A stretch of DNA of 64,000 nucleotides from Eledone cirrhosa (taxonomy: Eukaryota). The position numbers and the translations under genes are program-made. How positions within the stretch are numbered: the stretch's first letter is position 1; every line of letters begins with the position of its first letter. Positions 14,020-26,697 of the stretch are shown piece by piece. Location: the NCBI GenBank assembly GCA_964016885.1, contig OZ024743.1:189224001-189288000 (forward strand). Direction: 5' to 3'. The notes beneath the pieces are model-generated. The model had not been told where the DNA came from. It did no database searches and saw only the letters and a program-made list of their open reading frames with translations.

Positions 14020-15540
14020 TTTCTTCGCCTACTCATTCCTGAGAGGGGAGTAGGCAGAGTCCTCAGACACTCATGTCAGCGGGTCCTATCAAAAGCAACC
14101 ATCTCCAACTGATCCGACTGGATCCCCAAGCGAGACCAGCCTTGTTCTGGGTCTCCTGTCAGATGGTTTTGCCCGTAAAATCTGCCCAGCGCTTCTTTCC
14201 TGAGTCATCCTACCCACAGTGTCGGAGCTGTAGACTCTCAATTCGGAGTAGCCGCGCACCATGTAATGACACTCTGATCTCCGAGTTAAGCACTCTATCG
14301 AGTAATGTTACTCCAATCACCATTCAGAGGAACCCCATTTCGGCCGTTTTAATTCGCAGTCGTATTATTTGATTATTACTCAAGATTCATGAGCATAGAT
14401 AAGGGTTGGTACGAATACACAATTGAAGTTAGCGAGTTTGGCTTTTACGTCTACCTCCTTTCTTTCGATTACTAAATGCTGAATATGGCGCATTACTACA
14501 CCAGTTCCTGCAATTCTTGCACTTAACTCAGCCTCATGACTTCCATCACTCGTGAATATGACTCCCGAGATATTTGAACTTCTCTACCTGCTTCAGTGGA
14601 ATTCCATTCACATGTAGAGTGCACTGTGCAGGCTTCCTTGGGAGGACGTCAGTTTTCGCAGTACTGATTGTCATTCCAGTTATGCATCTCTCGGCAGCAA
14701 ACTATCAAGTGCATGTCGGCGATCACCTTTTTAAGTAACACTGTCTCATCTGAATATTCCAGTCGACTATATTTCACCTGTCAGTCATAACACCATTTCC
14801 AACCGGGATGTGCATGTCAATCCTGTTCATGTAAATAATAAACAGAAGTGACAGTACGCACCCTTGGCAGAGGCCGACTCACATTGAATGGTTTCGATTT
14901 AGTACCATATATCCAAACACAAATAATTGGGCATTCGTATAGAAACATCAGGGCAGCAAGAAGCTGACCATTGATCCTATATTCCTGCACAACCTTCCAC
15001 GACATTTTCAATGTGAACAAAACAAGAATATACCGCTTGGCCATACTCGCACAATTTCTTGAAGACCTGCCGCAGTGTGAATATTTGGTCAGCTGTGCGA
15101 AAACCGCACTGTTCATCAGCTATCTTGGATTCGACAATCTCCCTGCGTTTTTTTGCTAGACATTGAGCATGGACTTTATTGGTGGGATGGGGGCTCTTAA
15201 CAACGAGACCCCTCAATAATTGGAGCAATCTCTCTTGCCTCGCCTAGGTACCTTTCCAGAGATCCAGGCAACCTGGCACACACGAGTCAGTCAGAGAATA
15301 CCTTCTCTATTTAACGCTTTTAATATCTCGGACTGGATTACATCTTCCCCAGCGGCATTGCCAACAGCTGAGCTCTTTAACTGTTCTTGTGACCTCAGCC
15401 TCTGACGGATTAGTCACCGCTCCCAGATGCACCACCTGTACATCCGAAAATGCTTTTGTGATCGGATTTAGAAGATCAGCAAAGTATTCTCTCCACCACG
15501 CCGGTAGAGCTGTTCTGCTTGAGAGCAGGTCGCGTGTGGT
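14020..15540 (-). mobile_element. Decayed RTE-clade LINE (RT domain to 3' end)
   Basis: Minus frames give REIVESKIADEQCGFRTADQIFTLRQVFKKLCEYGQAVYSCFVH and RIKTAEMGFL...GVTLLDRVLNSEIR...LRIESLQLR. GAA-rich tail near 14020. Multiple stops. Confidence 0.85.
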
Positions 15541-15780
15541 GGATAGCTATACGGCCACCAGATATATTCTATTTAAATATATAATTGTGAAAAAAAAATG
15601 TTAGATTTATTTTCGTCATCACTTGCAACACTAACCCTAACCATAAAACCAATTTATATCCTTTATAATTAAATTTAATAAAATACAATTTTAAATGGTG
15701 TAGTTTGCTTTCAATTGTTCTTTAACATTGAAGCATCATCAGTCGACGCATGTCAACATTATTTATCGAACATCATGTTT

Positions 15781-15930
15781 TGCAGCATAGAGTTACGGCC
15801 CTTTATGATCTGAGTTCAAACCCCGCCATAGTTAACTTTGCTTTTCATCCTTACTAGGTCGATAAAATAAAGCTCCAGTAATGCACTGATATAATTGCTG
15901 GCCTTGTGCTAAAAGTAGAAACAATTATTT
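15781..15930 (+). mobile_element. 5'-truncated SINE copy
   Basis: B-box GAGTTCAAACCCC, core, and GTAGAAACAATTATT tail. Confidence 0.8.
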
Positions 15931-16046
15931 ATTATACCTCTTTGATATTTTGTCTTAACTATAACATAAGTCAGTTTACGAACCAGAAAGAAACTTTTAC
16001 TAAACATTTACTATATAGGTGGGTGTGTCTTATAGCATTCGTATTA

Positions 16047-16843
16047 TCTACTTATATATATAACCAGCAATTTCTCTGTCTGTCTGTCCGACAGTGGAAA
16101 CACTTGCGCGCGTGCGAATGTTTTTTGCACACACGTAGAGAGAGAGTGAGAGTGAAAGAAAGAGACAGACTACGAGAGGGGGATAGCGGGAGGGAGAGAT
16201 GGAGAGAGAGAGTGAATAGACGCTAAAACACGTGCTACAGAAATATTACCTTCCCCTTCCTTTCTCCACTTTGGTACTACCAAGAGAAACACTGTCGCTA
16301 TAGAAACATTACCTTCCCCTCTCCACTGACTTTGGTCACTGAGGCCGAGGGAATCGCTGGTTGCTATAGAGACACCTTGCACAAGCCAGAAGTAACCAGT
16401 TCGAGGCGGTTCTAACTTGACACCATGCCAAATCTACTTATAATATATAACGGGCATTTCTCTGTTTGTTTGTCTGTCTGTCCGTCTGTAAAAAATGCCA
16501 AGGAAACAAATAGACGCGGTTTCAAATCTCTATGCTTTTCAAATTCATTACATTAATCTTTATTTATACGTTTCGCGTGTTGTTTACACACCACAGCGGT
16601 AGCGGCCAGTTGAAGATTTGAACTCGCTGTGTAAGCATGGATTGCTGGAAAAATTCTTCTTCCTTGTTGATAATCCCAAAATATCCACTTCCGTGACTTA
16701 CCATCTGATTAATTGGTGAAATATATTTCTTTAATGGAATATATACAGGGAAGATTAATCATATTAAAAGGTATCTATTTTTGAAGTTCTAGTCAACTTT
16801 ATTTGTTTATTACCTACCTAGCTATGGGTGGTTACACGCTTGT
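16047..16843 (+). mobile_element. Non-autonomous Helitron-like element with duplicated 5' end
   Basis: Two copies of A/TCTACTTAT..ATATAAC..GCA.TTTCTCTGT(CTGT)n CCG at ~16047 and ~16432, a TC start plus CTGT microsatellite typical of invertebrate Helitron MITEs. Putative degenerate 3' end CTTGT at ~16843. Confidence 0.5.
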
Positions 16844-17029
16844 AAAAATTATCTTCTGTGATTATTCATGTTTATATATATGTTAATCAATTACTAGTTA
16901 TTATAAAATGCTCGGACCTACACGATAGAATCTTTGAGCTTATTTTCCGGGCGATATGGTGCACGCCGTTATGGCATGACACCCATAATTTCGATTTGGA
17001 TTAAATTCATTTAATTTATCTTAATTTTG

Positions 17030-17097
<68 letters not shown>

Positions 17098-17165
17098 GAA
17101 TCCTCATACCAAGCAATAATTACTTTTATTATGAATTCATTGTTATATATAAGAAACCATTATTA

Positions 17166-17475
17166 TCCCGCCGAGGTTAACTTTGCCTTTTATCCTTACG
17201 GGGTAGATAAAATAAAGTACTAGTAATACACTGGGATAATTGCTTGCCTTGTGCTAAAATGTAGAAACAATTATTATATATAAGGCGGTGGATTGGCAGT
17301 ATCGGTAGAGGGTCGGACGCCATGCTTTGATGCATAGAGTTACCTCCCTTTATGATCTGAGTTCAAATCCCGTCGAGGTTAACTTTGCCTTTCATCCTTA
17401 CGGGGTCGACAAAATAAAGTACCAGTAATGCACTGGTTAATTGCTGGCCTTGTGCCAAAAGTAGAAAAATTATTA
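17166..17475 (+). mobile_element. Tandem SINE pair flanked by a 21-bp direct repeat
   Basis: Truncated copy 17166-17280 plus full copy 17284-17475 (A-box TGGCAGTATCGG, B-box GAGTTCAAATCCC). TTATATATAAGAAACCATTAT occurs at 17143 and 17473. Confidence 0.9.
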
Positions 17476-17572
17476 TATATAAGAAACCATTATGAATTCA
17501 ATGTTTCTCAAGTGGAGTCTGGGGTCAACACAAGAATTTTAGAGGTACACAGAAAAAAATAATAAATTCTGT

Positions 17573-17700
17573 GTGGTTAACTTTGCCTTTCATCCTTACG
17601 GGGTCGATGAAATAAAGTACCAGTCACGCACTGGGGTCGATTTAATCGACTTTCCCCTCCCCCAAAATTGCTGGTATTGTGCCTATATAAGAAACAATAT
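17573..17700 (+). mobile_element. SINE 3' half (variant tail with GTCGATTTAATCGAC hairpin)
   Basis: Core GGTTAACTTTGCCTTTCATCCTTACGGGGTCGAT..AAGTACCAG followed by CTGGGGTCGATTTAATCGACT. Confidence 0.8.
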
Positions 17701-17899
17701 TTGTACACACACACGCGTGCATATATATAAATGTAAGTATCAAATTTTACTCAAACCTGATTAGCCGACGCTACTTTCATAAATGACTATTGACAAGCAC
17801 ACACGGACTTACAAAATTACAAAGGCATTTCTGGAGAGTAACATACCCTTTTACAAACTCAATTCACAGCCTTCTATTGTGTCACACATTTCTTCATAA

Positions 17900-18750
17900 G
17901 AGTTCTCAATTCGGGAGGTAGTTTTCTTGCTTTTCTCTGGATTCTTTCAATAGCTTCTATGTAATTTTGGATATGGTGGTCAAGCTTTATTGCGTTATCT
18001 AAATGGAATACACATATCTTTTATATGGAACTTCTTTTTTTTTATATTGAGATAGGTAAAGAATGCTTTATTTTCCTATCATTTGACCGGTTCTTCTTGT
18101 TATTTCTTTAATATGATCATTTAGATTCGAACTTTACACATTCCCAAATCGTATTTTCTCGCAATCTTAAACCCACTAGCTGCCTTCATAATTTCAAATT
18201 TCATAGAAGTATACTTAAATCTAACACGTAGACGTCTAGATGCACCATTACACCTAATACCTAGAAGTCTATATTGCCCAGTATTGTATCTTAAGTTATT
18301 TATATCATCCACATCTATTTTCAACTTTTTGTATGCATCCACATGATATTTTAATTCAGCATTCTTGACCATATCGTGAACTACTAGAATTCACAAAATC
18401 ATTAGATCATCTTCCTCTTCTTTCGGATAGTCTTCAAGGGTGATATTTTGATCACTACTTCTATAATATTGGTCCCACATTTCTTACAGGACTATTCAAT
18501 ATTTTTTTTATTCATAATGGACATGTATTTTAATAATGTTCACCATATAAGTAACTGGCGATATAGTTTTTAGATTGGATGTATTGTCCTTATTTTAAAG
18601 GGGTTTTATTTAAAATTGCAGGCTTCATCTTTCGTGAATTTTTTTTTATTTTGACTATGTAATTTGTCTAACTTATGTTTTTGACATTATATTTTCTAGA
18701 TTAGGATATTTCTTCACCATTTTATAACATTCGTGTAATTTTTGTGAAAT
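17900..18750 (-). mobile_element. Highly decayed RTE-like LINE RT fragment
   Basis: Minus ORF contains KIDVDDINNLRY (RTE 'INNLRYADD' motif). Upstream QSKNY resembles the RT 'C.NYR' motif. Boundaries approximate. Confidence 0.5.
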
Positions 18751-18795
18751 GCATTATATTTATGGTATGTAACTGCTGACGTCATTCCTGTACGG

Positions 18796-19106
18796 TAGAG
18801 GTTCTCAAACGTTTTGGGCCACCACCACCCTCATGTCAGCGCCCTCCTACCTCTATTCCCAGAAAGACCTTCCTACACGCAAATTGTAGATGATATATAA
18901 TACATAAAATCATTAATTTATATATAATAAATAATATATATACTGTGTATAAATATTATATACTATTTTTTATTTTAATATATTTATATACATAATATGT
19001 TCCATTTGATATTTAATATACTATTGTATCATCTCTACTGTCGTCCACCGGACCCTTGACCTACTCAGCGCCCCCGGGGTGGTAGCGCTCACTTTGAGGA
19101 CATCTG
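18796..19106. mobile_element. hAT (Charlie-like) MITE
   Basis: TIRs TAGAGGTTCTCAAAC and (reverse complement) CAGATGTCCTCAAAG. 8-bp TSD CTGTACGG / TTGTACGG. Confidence 0.75.
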
Positions 19107-19462
19107 TTGTACGGTATATATTTAAGTAGTCTCGTAGGTGTATGATGTTCATTACCTTGTAAATTAAGATGGACAGATTTCCCAATTATTGTCGATAATA
19201 TTTAGTATTTTAGTGCAAGAGAAATAGAACTAATTTCAGTCTCTTGTTAATTTGCCAGCTTTATAGTCATTCCGGTTAATAGATTTCATTGTTTTGTAAT
19301 ATTATAGGAAAGTAGTCACTTTTCACACAAGCCATCGTATATATTTCAATAGAAATTTAAGCGATAATGAAAGTTGAGGCGGAAAGAGTGCGAGATCAAG
19401 AGAAATATGTTCACTATTCCCTAATACAATTACGTAAAAGTAACAATAGTAATAATAATAAT

Positions 19463-19768
19463 TGATGAAAGGCAAAGTTAACCTCGGCGGAATTTGAACT
19501 CAGATCATAAAGGGCCGTAACTCTATGCTGCAAAGCATGGCGTCCGGCCCTGTACCGATACTGCCAATCCACCGCCTTTATAGTAATAATAATAATTGTT
19601 TCTAATTTAGGCACAAGGCCAGCAATTACCCAGTACATTACTGGTACTTTATTTTATCGACCCCGTAAGGATGAAAGGCAAAGTCAACCTCGGCGGGATT
19701 TGAACTCAGATCGTAAAGGGACGTAACTATGCTGGAAAGCATGGCGTCCGACCCTCTACCGATACTGC
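19463..19768 (-). mobile_element. Tandem SINE pair
   Basis: Two reverse-complement copies of the A-box/B-box/core unit separated by a (TAA)n tail. Confidence 0.85.
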
Positions 19769-19789
19769 ATAATGACAACTATAAAGACG

Positions 19790-20281
19790 GCAATAATAAA
19801 AAAAGGGAAACAAAAAGAAAGAAAAGGGGAATGTATAGAAAAAAGAGAGAAAGTAAGAAAAAAACGGGAGATGGCAAGAACTCCGGTGTCGCAGGAAAGG
19901 GGAGGGGTAAAGGGGGAAGGTGATTGGGCTTTGGGCCTAAATGCTGCACCCCGCGGACAAGACGGCAAAAGCATTCCCGCGAATGATGGCCAGTGATACC
20001 CACTGCAACAGCCACCCAACCTCGCAGGGCTGCCTCCTCAGACGGCTGCTGACGCTCCGATCCTGTGGGGAGCTCGGCAGTAAGCCTGAGGTCTAGACGG
20101 TGACCAGTGCGAATTTGAAGCGGCCGGACAAACTCCGGTATTTGTTTATTTACATTCTTCTGCGAGGCGGGCCGCGGTGCTTGGCTTTGTGGCCGAAACG
20201 ACTAAGTTGGAGGCGGAGAACGTGTCGCAGCAGGTGGCGTCCCAGATGAGGGATATACCTCCTTCGAATGGGAAGAGGGTA
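19790..20281 (-). mobile_element. Second CRE-like element, 5'-truncated 3' end
   Basis: Minus translation TLFPFEGGISLIWDATCCDTFSASNLVVSATKPSTAARLAEE..KYRSLSGRFKFA...WLLQWVSLAIIRGNAFAVLSAG is homologous to 6140-6490. Pyrimidine-rich 3' UTR. Confidence 0.85.
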
Positions 20282-22819
20282 TATAATTGCAATGTTTTAC
20301 TAGAAAAGGTTCTTCATAGGTTGTAAATATTAAAGTCTCCCATAATTATGTAAGACTAAACACTTTGATATTCAGTTACAGATTTCAGTGTGTTTGGTGG
20401 AAAATATTTTGAGCTGAGCAGTTTTTAGTTTTCTGTTTGAGGTCTCATATCTCACGAGACCATGGATCTTCATTTGGAAAATTCATGAAGAGGAAAGCCT
20501 GGGCTTTTGTGGCAGTCCGTCTCCTCTCCATGCTACTGATAGTGTCAAAACAAGTAAACTAGATGAGAAAACTGTCGAAACATATTGCAAGGTATCCACG
20601 AATTGCATTACAGTTATTGACTTTGAAAGAATGGTAAGTAAAGTTAATTTTATCAGGATTTGAACTCCAGAGTGCAGAGAGTTGAACAAATAATGCAAGA
20701 CCAAACGTCATAGTGCACTTGGCTTAGTGGTTAGGCCATTGGGTTTCCAATGCGTGGTTTGGGTAAGCGGGATGAGAGTTTAGAGGGGGAGGCAAGTAAG
20801 CAAGTTCAACCTTGACAAGGTGCATTTAGCTGGTGAGGGTGGGGTATTAAGATTAAAGAAAGTGAATGCGGAAGGGTGACAAGAAGATTGGTGCAGACAT
20901 ATATATATATATATATATATATGATGGCTGCAACTCGATTTCGAGTAATGCCATCGCTTGATACTTAAGCATTAGCATCGCGGACGTGGCTTTTTATTCC
21001 TGCTTGGGACTTTGCCTATGGCCAGCAATGAAATGCATCGCAAAAAAATATCACATCTCAAGCGATTCCTATGCTTGGGGCTTTTTTAAATGAGGAATGG
21101 CTTTGCACGGTGCCAATCCCACGCTCTGAACATCGAAAGCATTTACACAAAAAGTAGAACTGGTCTACATCATTGGATACAAATCAGAGTGACATTCTTC
21201 TAGAGAGACGTCTTAATGAAGACTAGGCGTCTCTCGTTCCACAAAAAGAAAAAGAAAGAAAATACTTTATTGGGTAGCTGTTGACACACCCGAGTTCTGC
21301 CCTTTGACAGGTATTATATTTCATCCTGCAGGGTGTCCAAAATCACCCTCCTCAGAAAACAACCTTGATGTGGGTTGTCGGTTTAGTCGCCAGCGACCTG
21401 CCCATGCACAGGTTGTATTGAGTTACATGTTGCCAGTAACGCTGAAGAGCGACTTGACACACGTGCACACACACACGCACGTAAAACCTGATAAGCATGA
21501 ACCTAAGCAAACTGCCATAGATTTTGTTTTATTTCCAATGCGGAAAAAATTATTATTGAAGAAACATTGAAATATTTTATTTTGCATTTAATTTCCAAAA
21601 AGAATGTATTTGACAACATTTCATGCTTCATGTAATCTATAAAGTTTTACATTCCTCATCAGCTTATTTTCTGTCAACCATAGCTATTTAGTTATAATGA
21701 AGATTGCGTAATTAAAATTGTTTATTCCAATAAAGTGGGGTGATAGATAAAAGGAAAAAGGGTAAAATATGACAAATTTAGAATAGGAAGAAAACAAAAA
21801 CATGATTTCCTGGCCTATTTTAGTTAATTAAACTTGTCAAGAAACTCACACTTATAACAAAATAATTGTTTTTTTTCTTGTCACTGTTGACAGACGTAGC
21901 AGCTCAGCAAGAAAAAAGAGTTCATTTAGCAGTCAAAAAGCAATAAATACAAATTGTTTTTGTTAACAGCTTCATTTTCAGTATGGTTGTAGAACTTATC
22001 AGCTGATTCAGTTTTTATGACTTTCATTCACACCCAATAGTCTGACTATGGAGCTTTTGAGGTTATACTGTGATTAACATATTTTGAAAGAAATAACACT
22101 TCCACTTTAACAGACAAAAATTAAAAAGATAAATTCAACACTCACTCTATCCATTTTGGAGCTTTACTTCACTACTCACTACTATTAATATATTACGGAC
22201 AAAACCTTATATGCTACACGTTTCTTAATTTTAACTTAATTGTTTTCTCCATTCTCCCTTAAAGGATTTAATGCACTAATTGGAATATGTATCCTGAAGA
22301 TAATTTCGGTTTTAAATTCCAAACAGATCTTAAGTTGCTTCTCCAATCATCTAGCCATACTTCTAAAACATTGACTAAATAAGCAATAAATATTTCCATT
22401 AACTTTCTCTGGTCGACGTATTTAGTGTTCAATAATTATTTTAATGGCAAGAATACATTTCAAATTCTAGCCTTTTAATGAAGAAGTCCAAGTATTTATT
22501 GGTACAAGGTCTCCTTGAAGATGAATCCAATTTGTTCATCAAGTTAAGCCAAATAATCAACCCCCCCCCCCTCCCAGCAAAATAAACAGAACAAAAACAC
22601 TTCGAGTGGCTTAAGACGTGTGAATGCAGAAGTCGTCAATAAAACAATTTTATTTTTAACTCGATGTCATTTGCATATATTTTCAACCCATGTCTAAGGG
22701 TCATATCCTGCATTATTGATGGTTTCTTCCTTCACATTCGTTTATTTACATAATGGTTTTAAATACGTTTTCTCAAACAAAATAAATGAAAATGCAAGCA
22801 CAGCACTTTAAATAGTGTT

Positions 22820-23488
22820 TTAATGTCCTTCGTGAATACTTATTGAACTGATGAAAATATAGGCAATGATCATTAGTACACCTTGGGTGGTGAAAATTAA
22901 GAAAGAAAATGTTGTGACAACAGAATCGTTTTCAGTTAAGAGATGCGATATTTTTTCATAACAGTCTTGTGTGTAGAGAAGGCAATTTGTGGTAGAATTA
23001 ATTTCTTTATCAACACAACATTTTGTGAGATTTTGGAACATTATCATGTTCTCTTTCAAAGAAGTGTTCAATACGGCATTTTTCATAATGTATTTCAAAT
23101 TGTTTCTCAAGGAATGTTCAAATGTAGACATATTGAGGATATTTAACACAAAAGCAGAGAACTCGATCCCCAAAATAAATATCATAGAGAAAACATAGAC
23201 AACAAGTAAAAACTTTAGTTCTCGATGTGTTCCACAATAACCTAAGATAGCCAGAATTAGCACTATCAATGAAGACGAAATCATAAGATAAGCACTGGCC
23301 GTTAATCTGTAATCATGAAGGTTGCGATCAGATGTAAGTTTTAATTTAGTCATACGGTCAAAGACAACTTGTTCATTGTGATTGGTTAAATAACCTGTAA
23401 TGATACCAGATAAACCAAGAAGAAACAGTAAGATGTTAGAAAACAACAAGATATATTTAACAACCTTAGTTCTCTGACTCAGTGGCAT
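22820..23488 (-). CDS. Tetraspanin-family membrane protein, single coding exon, 222 aa
   Basis: Intact ORF with four hydrophobic segments. KY.L...N in TM1, LGYCG..RE...L..Y at TM2/TM3, conserved E in TM3, large extracellular loop with CC(V) plus two more Cys, and Q in TM4. Confidence 0.88.
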   Translation of the reverse strand: MPLSQRTKVVKYILLFSNILLFLLGLSGIITGYLTNHNEQVVFDRMTKLKLTSDRNLHDYRLTASAYLMISSSLIVLILAILGYCGTHRELKFLLVVYVFSMIFILGIEFSAFVLNILNMSTFEHSLRNNLKYIMKNAVLNTSLKENMIMFQNLTKCCVDKEINSTTNCLLYTQDCYEKISHLLTENDSVVTTFSFLIFTTQGVLMIIAYIFISSISIHEGH

Positions 23489-23555
23489 ATTCTGAATGTA
23501 ATGTTGTTTTCAAATGGCTGTTGTCTTCTACTTCAATTTTAAAGCATGAAACAGA

Positions 23556-23562
23556 TTTTATA
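23556..23562 (-). promoter_or_regulatory. Candidate TATA box of the tetraspanin gene
   Basis: TATAAAA on the minus strand about 70 nt upstream of the ATG. The AT-rich context makes a chance match possible. Confidence 0.3.
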
Positions 23563-26500
23563 TTCTTTTAGATATCCCCTTTGTAAATTAGTTTAATATA
23601 TATGAATTAAAGGTTAGCTGAAATTTGAATATTAATTTGATTAGGTAGAAAAACATAATTTTATTTATAAGATGTTAAATAGGTTATTCCATTATTTGAT
23701 TTTTTTTTATATTGGAAAAGTTTGTTACTCTCGAAAAGCTAGGTTCAATATCAGCCATGTTTGATTCTTTGCCTTCAAAATATCACATTTTATGGCATAT
23801 TTACATATAAAAGAACATTTAAAATTTTGAGATTATAGAAATAAATATTAATGACATTTTTAACAATTTATTGCTATCAAGTTACATTCAATTTTTTGAT
23901 AACAACTTGACCAAAGCTGCTTTTTTCTATGAAAGTGTTCCTATTTAAGTAAAAACTTTCCAATTCAATTTTGTCTGAGAATATTTTGCTTTTTTGCAAA
24001 TACCATCTTAATGAAATTGTGAGTTTTGTACATCCTTCCCAAATTCTTCATTAATTAAAATACAAATTATTTCATTGGCAATACCGTAAATACAGATTAA
24101 ATTGTAAAAGGCTAACTGAAAATTAACTGACATTATTATGAGAATGTAGGATAGTGAAACTAATATATTTGGTATTTCGTCATGTGTTAAGCCTAAAACA
24201 ATAAGTGAATTAGATTAATTATGATGCTAAGAGGGCCAAGTCAATAATGTAGCAGACAAATAGCTTAGCATTTATCAGTTCACATCCAGTTACAACTGTG
24301 TTGTATCTGAAGTTGAGAGGGTTAACTTCCAATGGCTAGCTTAACTTATAAAAATCAGTATTATAATTCTGCATTGGTGAATATGCTAGAGTAAGATGTT
24401 AACTTCTCATTTGTTAACCAAGTCAATGATCCAGTTTCACTTTCAGATGCAGGCTGCAACCCAGTACAATCTGCTTCTTGGTCGAATGGTCAGTGACTAA
24501 ACCAGCTTCCTGGTCTGGTGAAGAGGGTAAGTGGAACCTCAGTAGCACAAAAAACGAGTTGTAAGAAAGGGGTGAATTAACTCCTTAGAGTCAATGATAA
24601 TTCACCCCAAGTATACATTAAATAGCTTTACCAACCCACAATTAGCCACGTGTGGTAAGTATGACTACACCCCTAACACGACCAAAACCAAACAGAAATC
24701 AGTGGAGGTCAGCCAAGGGGGGATTCCTTCAATAGGTGTGAGAAGGCCCTGGATTGGATTGGATTGGATTGATCCATAAAAGGCACCAACATCTGAATTT
24801 TAACTATTATGCATTTGCTGATTAGATGAGGTTTTAATTTATTTAATTGCTCTACTTTGGGATGCCAGGATGCCAGCTCTTTAAAGAATTATATATGTGC
24901 AAATGTTACCTGATATTCTATTGAATGGACATTCCCAATTCATCATTGATAAGTGATTGGTGAGTCAAAAACAAAATGCGTTGCCATATATAGTTGTGAC
25001 TTTTTATGTGTTTACACCTATTTTCATTCTTTTTGGATAAGTAAAATAATAAACAAGTCAAGTATTGGGATCAATTTATATTTTTATAATGTATATTAGA
25101 TGTGAATTGAACTATAATAGACAAATCTGTAGTAAAAGGACATCATTGTCAGTCTTTTTCATTACAGAACAGTTGTGTAGTTAGGACTTTTATACAAGTA
25201 GCTAATAGTATGTGATTTTAAGTTTACTTCAAGTATTGTGTTGTTATTGGACAAGGTACATTTTTCAGTTATACATTTTTCTAGTTCACCTAGCAGTCAG
25301 AGGTTTATTAGATTCTGAAAGAAAAGCTCTTTAAAGACACTGGCATATCTGATGTTAAATGAACCCAAATGAAACATCAGTCCTATAAAAAAGTTTGATT
25401 CATGAAAACAATATTCTTAAAAGTTGTTTGATTCTTTGAGGCTCATAGATTGATTTTCATCATATCATGTCACATGCTTTATAACATCTGTTGGTCATGT
25501 CATTATTTTATATCTCATGAAGATCTCCTTATATCATACACATTCTTATGTTCACACTAAAGGGCCAGTGCCATCTGAGCACTAATAATATTTATAGTAT
25601 AGGATTAATGTAACTTACATACTTGGATTACCAAATATTTGAACAATTCTACAAACTAGGAAATTTGTGTTTGATAAATTTATGGCTTGCATAAGAGAAA
25701 CTCTATAGTTTATGTTGATTATTGGCACATGCAAATTATCAAATATAAACATGATATTTTAAGTATTTCTATGATATAATGATATAAATGATCAGCATAT
25801 ATGTACAAATGACATACAAGATTAAATGGATGAGTACCTTCGGAGAAATAGCTATTTACAGGAACAAAAGTAGGGTTAGAACCTAAGATTGGAAAGTGAA
25901 ATTTTTATGGTAGCAGCATGACTGAAATAGGAAATACACCGTGAGTATGCATGTGTAATTTATAAAACGTTACAGATGGATATATATATATAAGTAATAG
26001 GAAAAGAGTCAGGACTCCGATGGCTGAGCTCGTATTACTCACTCTACAACTCTAGGCATCGAGTACTATGGTGCATTATGGTCCACCTGGTTCCTTGCCA
26101 CACTTTCTTTGGTATATATATAAATATAATAATGCGCATTCTGTATTATTATGATGATAGTGACAAAAGCAGATGTTATGATATGACATTCCTATGAAAT
26201 ATAAAAAAAACATATGATATGATATCTTGCTGCAGTAAAATGTTATGACAGGAAGCTTTTGATCTACAAGATAAGTTATCTACTGGGAATGAAAGATCAA
26301 CAGCTATCTCATAGATAATGAGCTTCCTGACAAGTTACCCAACAGAAACACGTATAAGGTTGGGTTATATCCAACCCACACTATCATAAATATGGTATAC
26401 TCCAAAGTACAATTAGAACTCTTACATTCTTCCCTCTTTATATTAATGACTTACCATAACTTCTGACATGACATACTCCTCTAGACATGGTATAAGCCTT

Positions 26501-26642
26501 CACTCTCTTGCATCATTTTGTATGCTAGCATAATTCATAAGCAAACTAAAATGCTTATGCCAGACTCGATAAGTTTAACAGGGACAGCCCAGCATGTCTA
26601 TAGTCCAGTGATTGAAACTAATAAAATAATACACACATATTC

Positions 26643-26697
<55 letters not shown>

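Noticed and set aside
17284-17375. tRNA gene
   Set aside because: The A/B boxes belong to SINE heads and no cloverleaf forms.
19860-20290. CpG-island promoter or first exon
   Set aside because: Fully explained as a CRE-like retrotransposon 3' fragment on the minus strand.
21203-21237. Hairpin GAGAGACG...CGTCTCTC with TAATGA inside
   Set aside because: It lacks GAAA and stems II/III, so it cannot be called a ribozyme.
22292-22335. CTGAAGA...CAAA hammerhead-like motif
   Set aside because: GAAA is broken and there is no convincing stem I or III.
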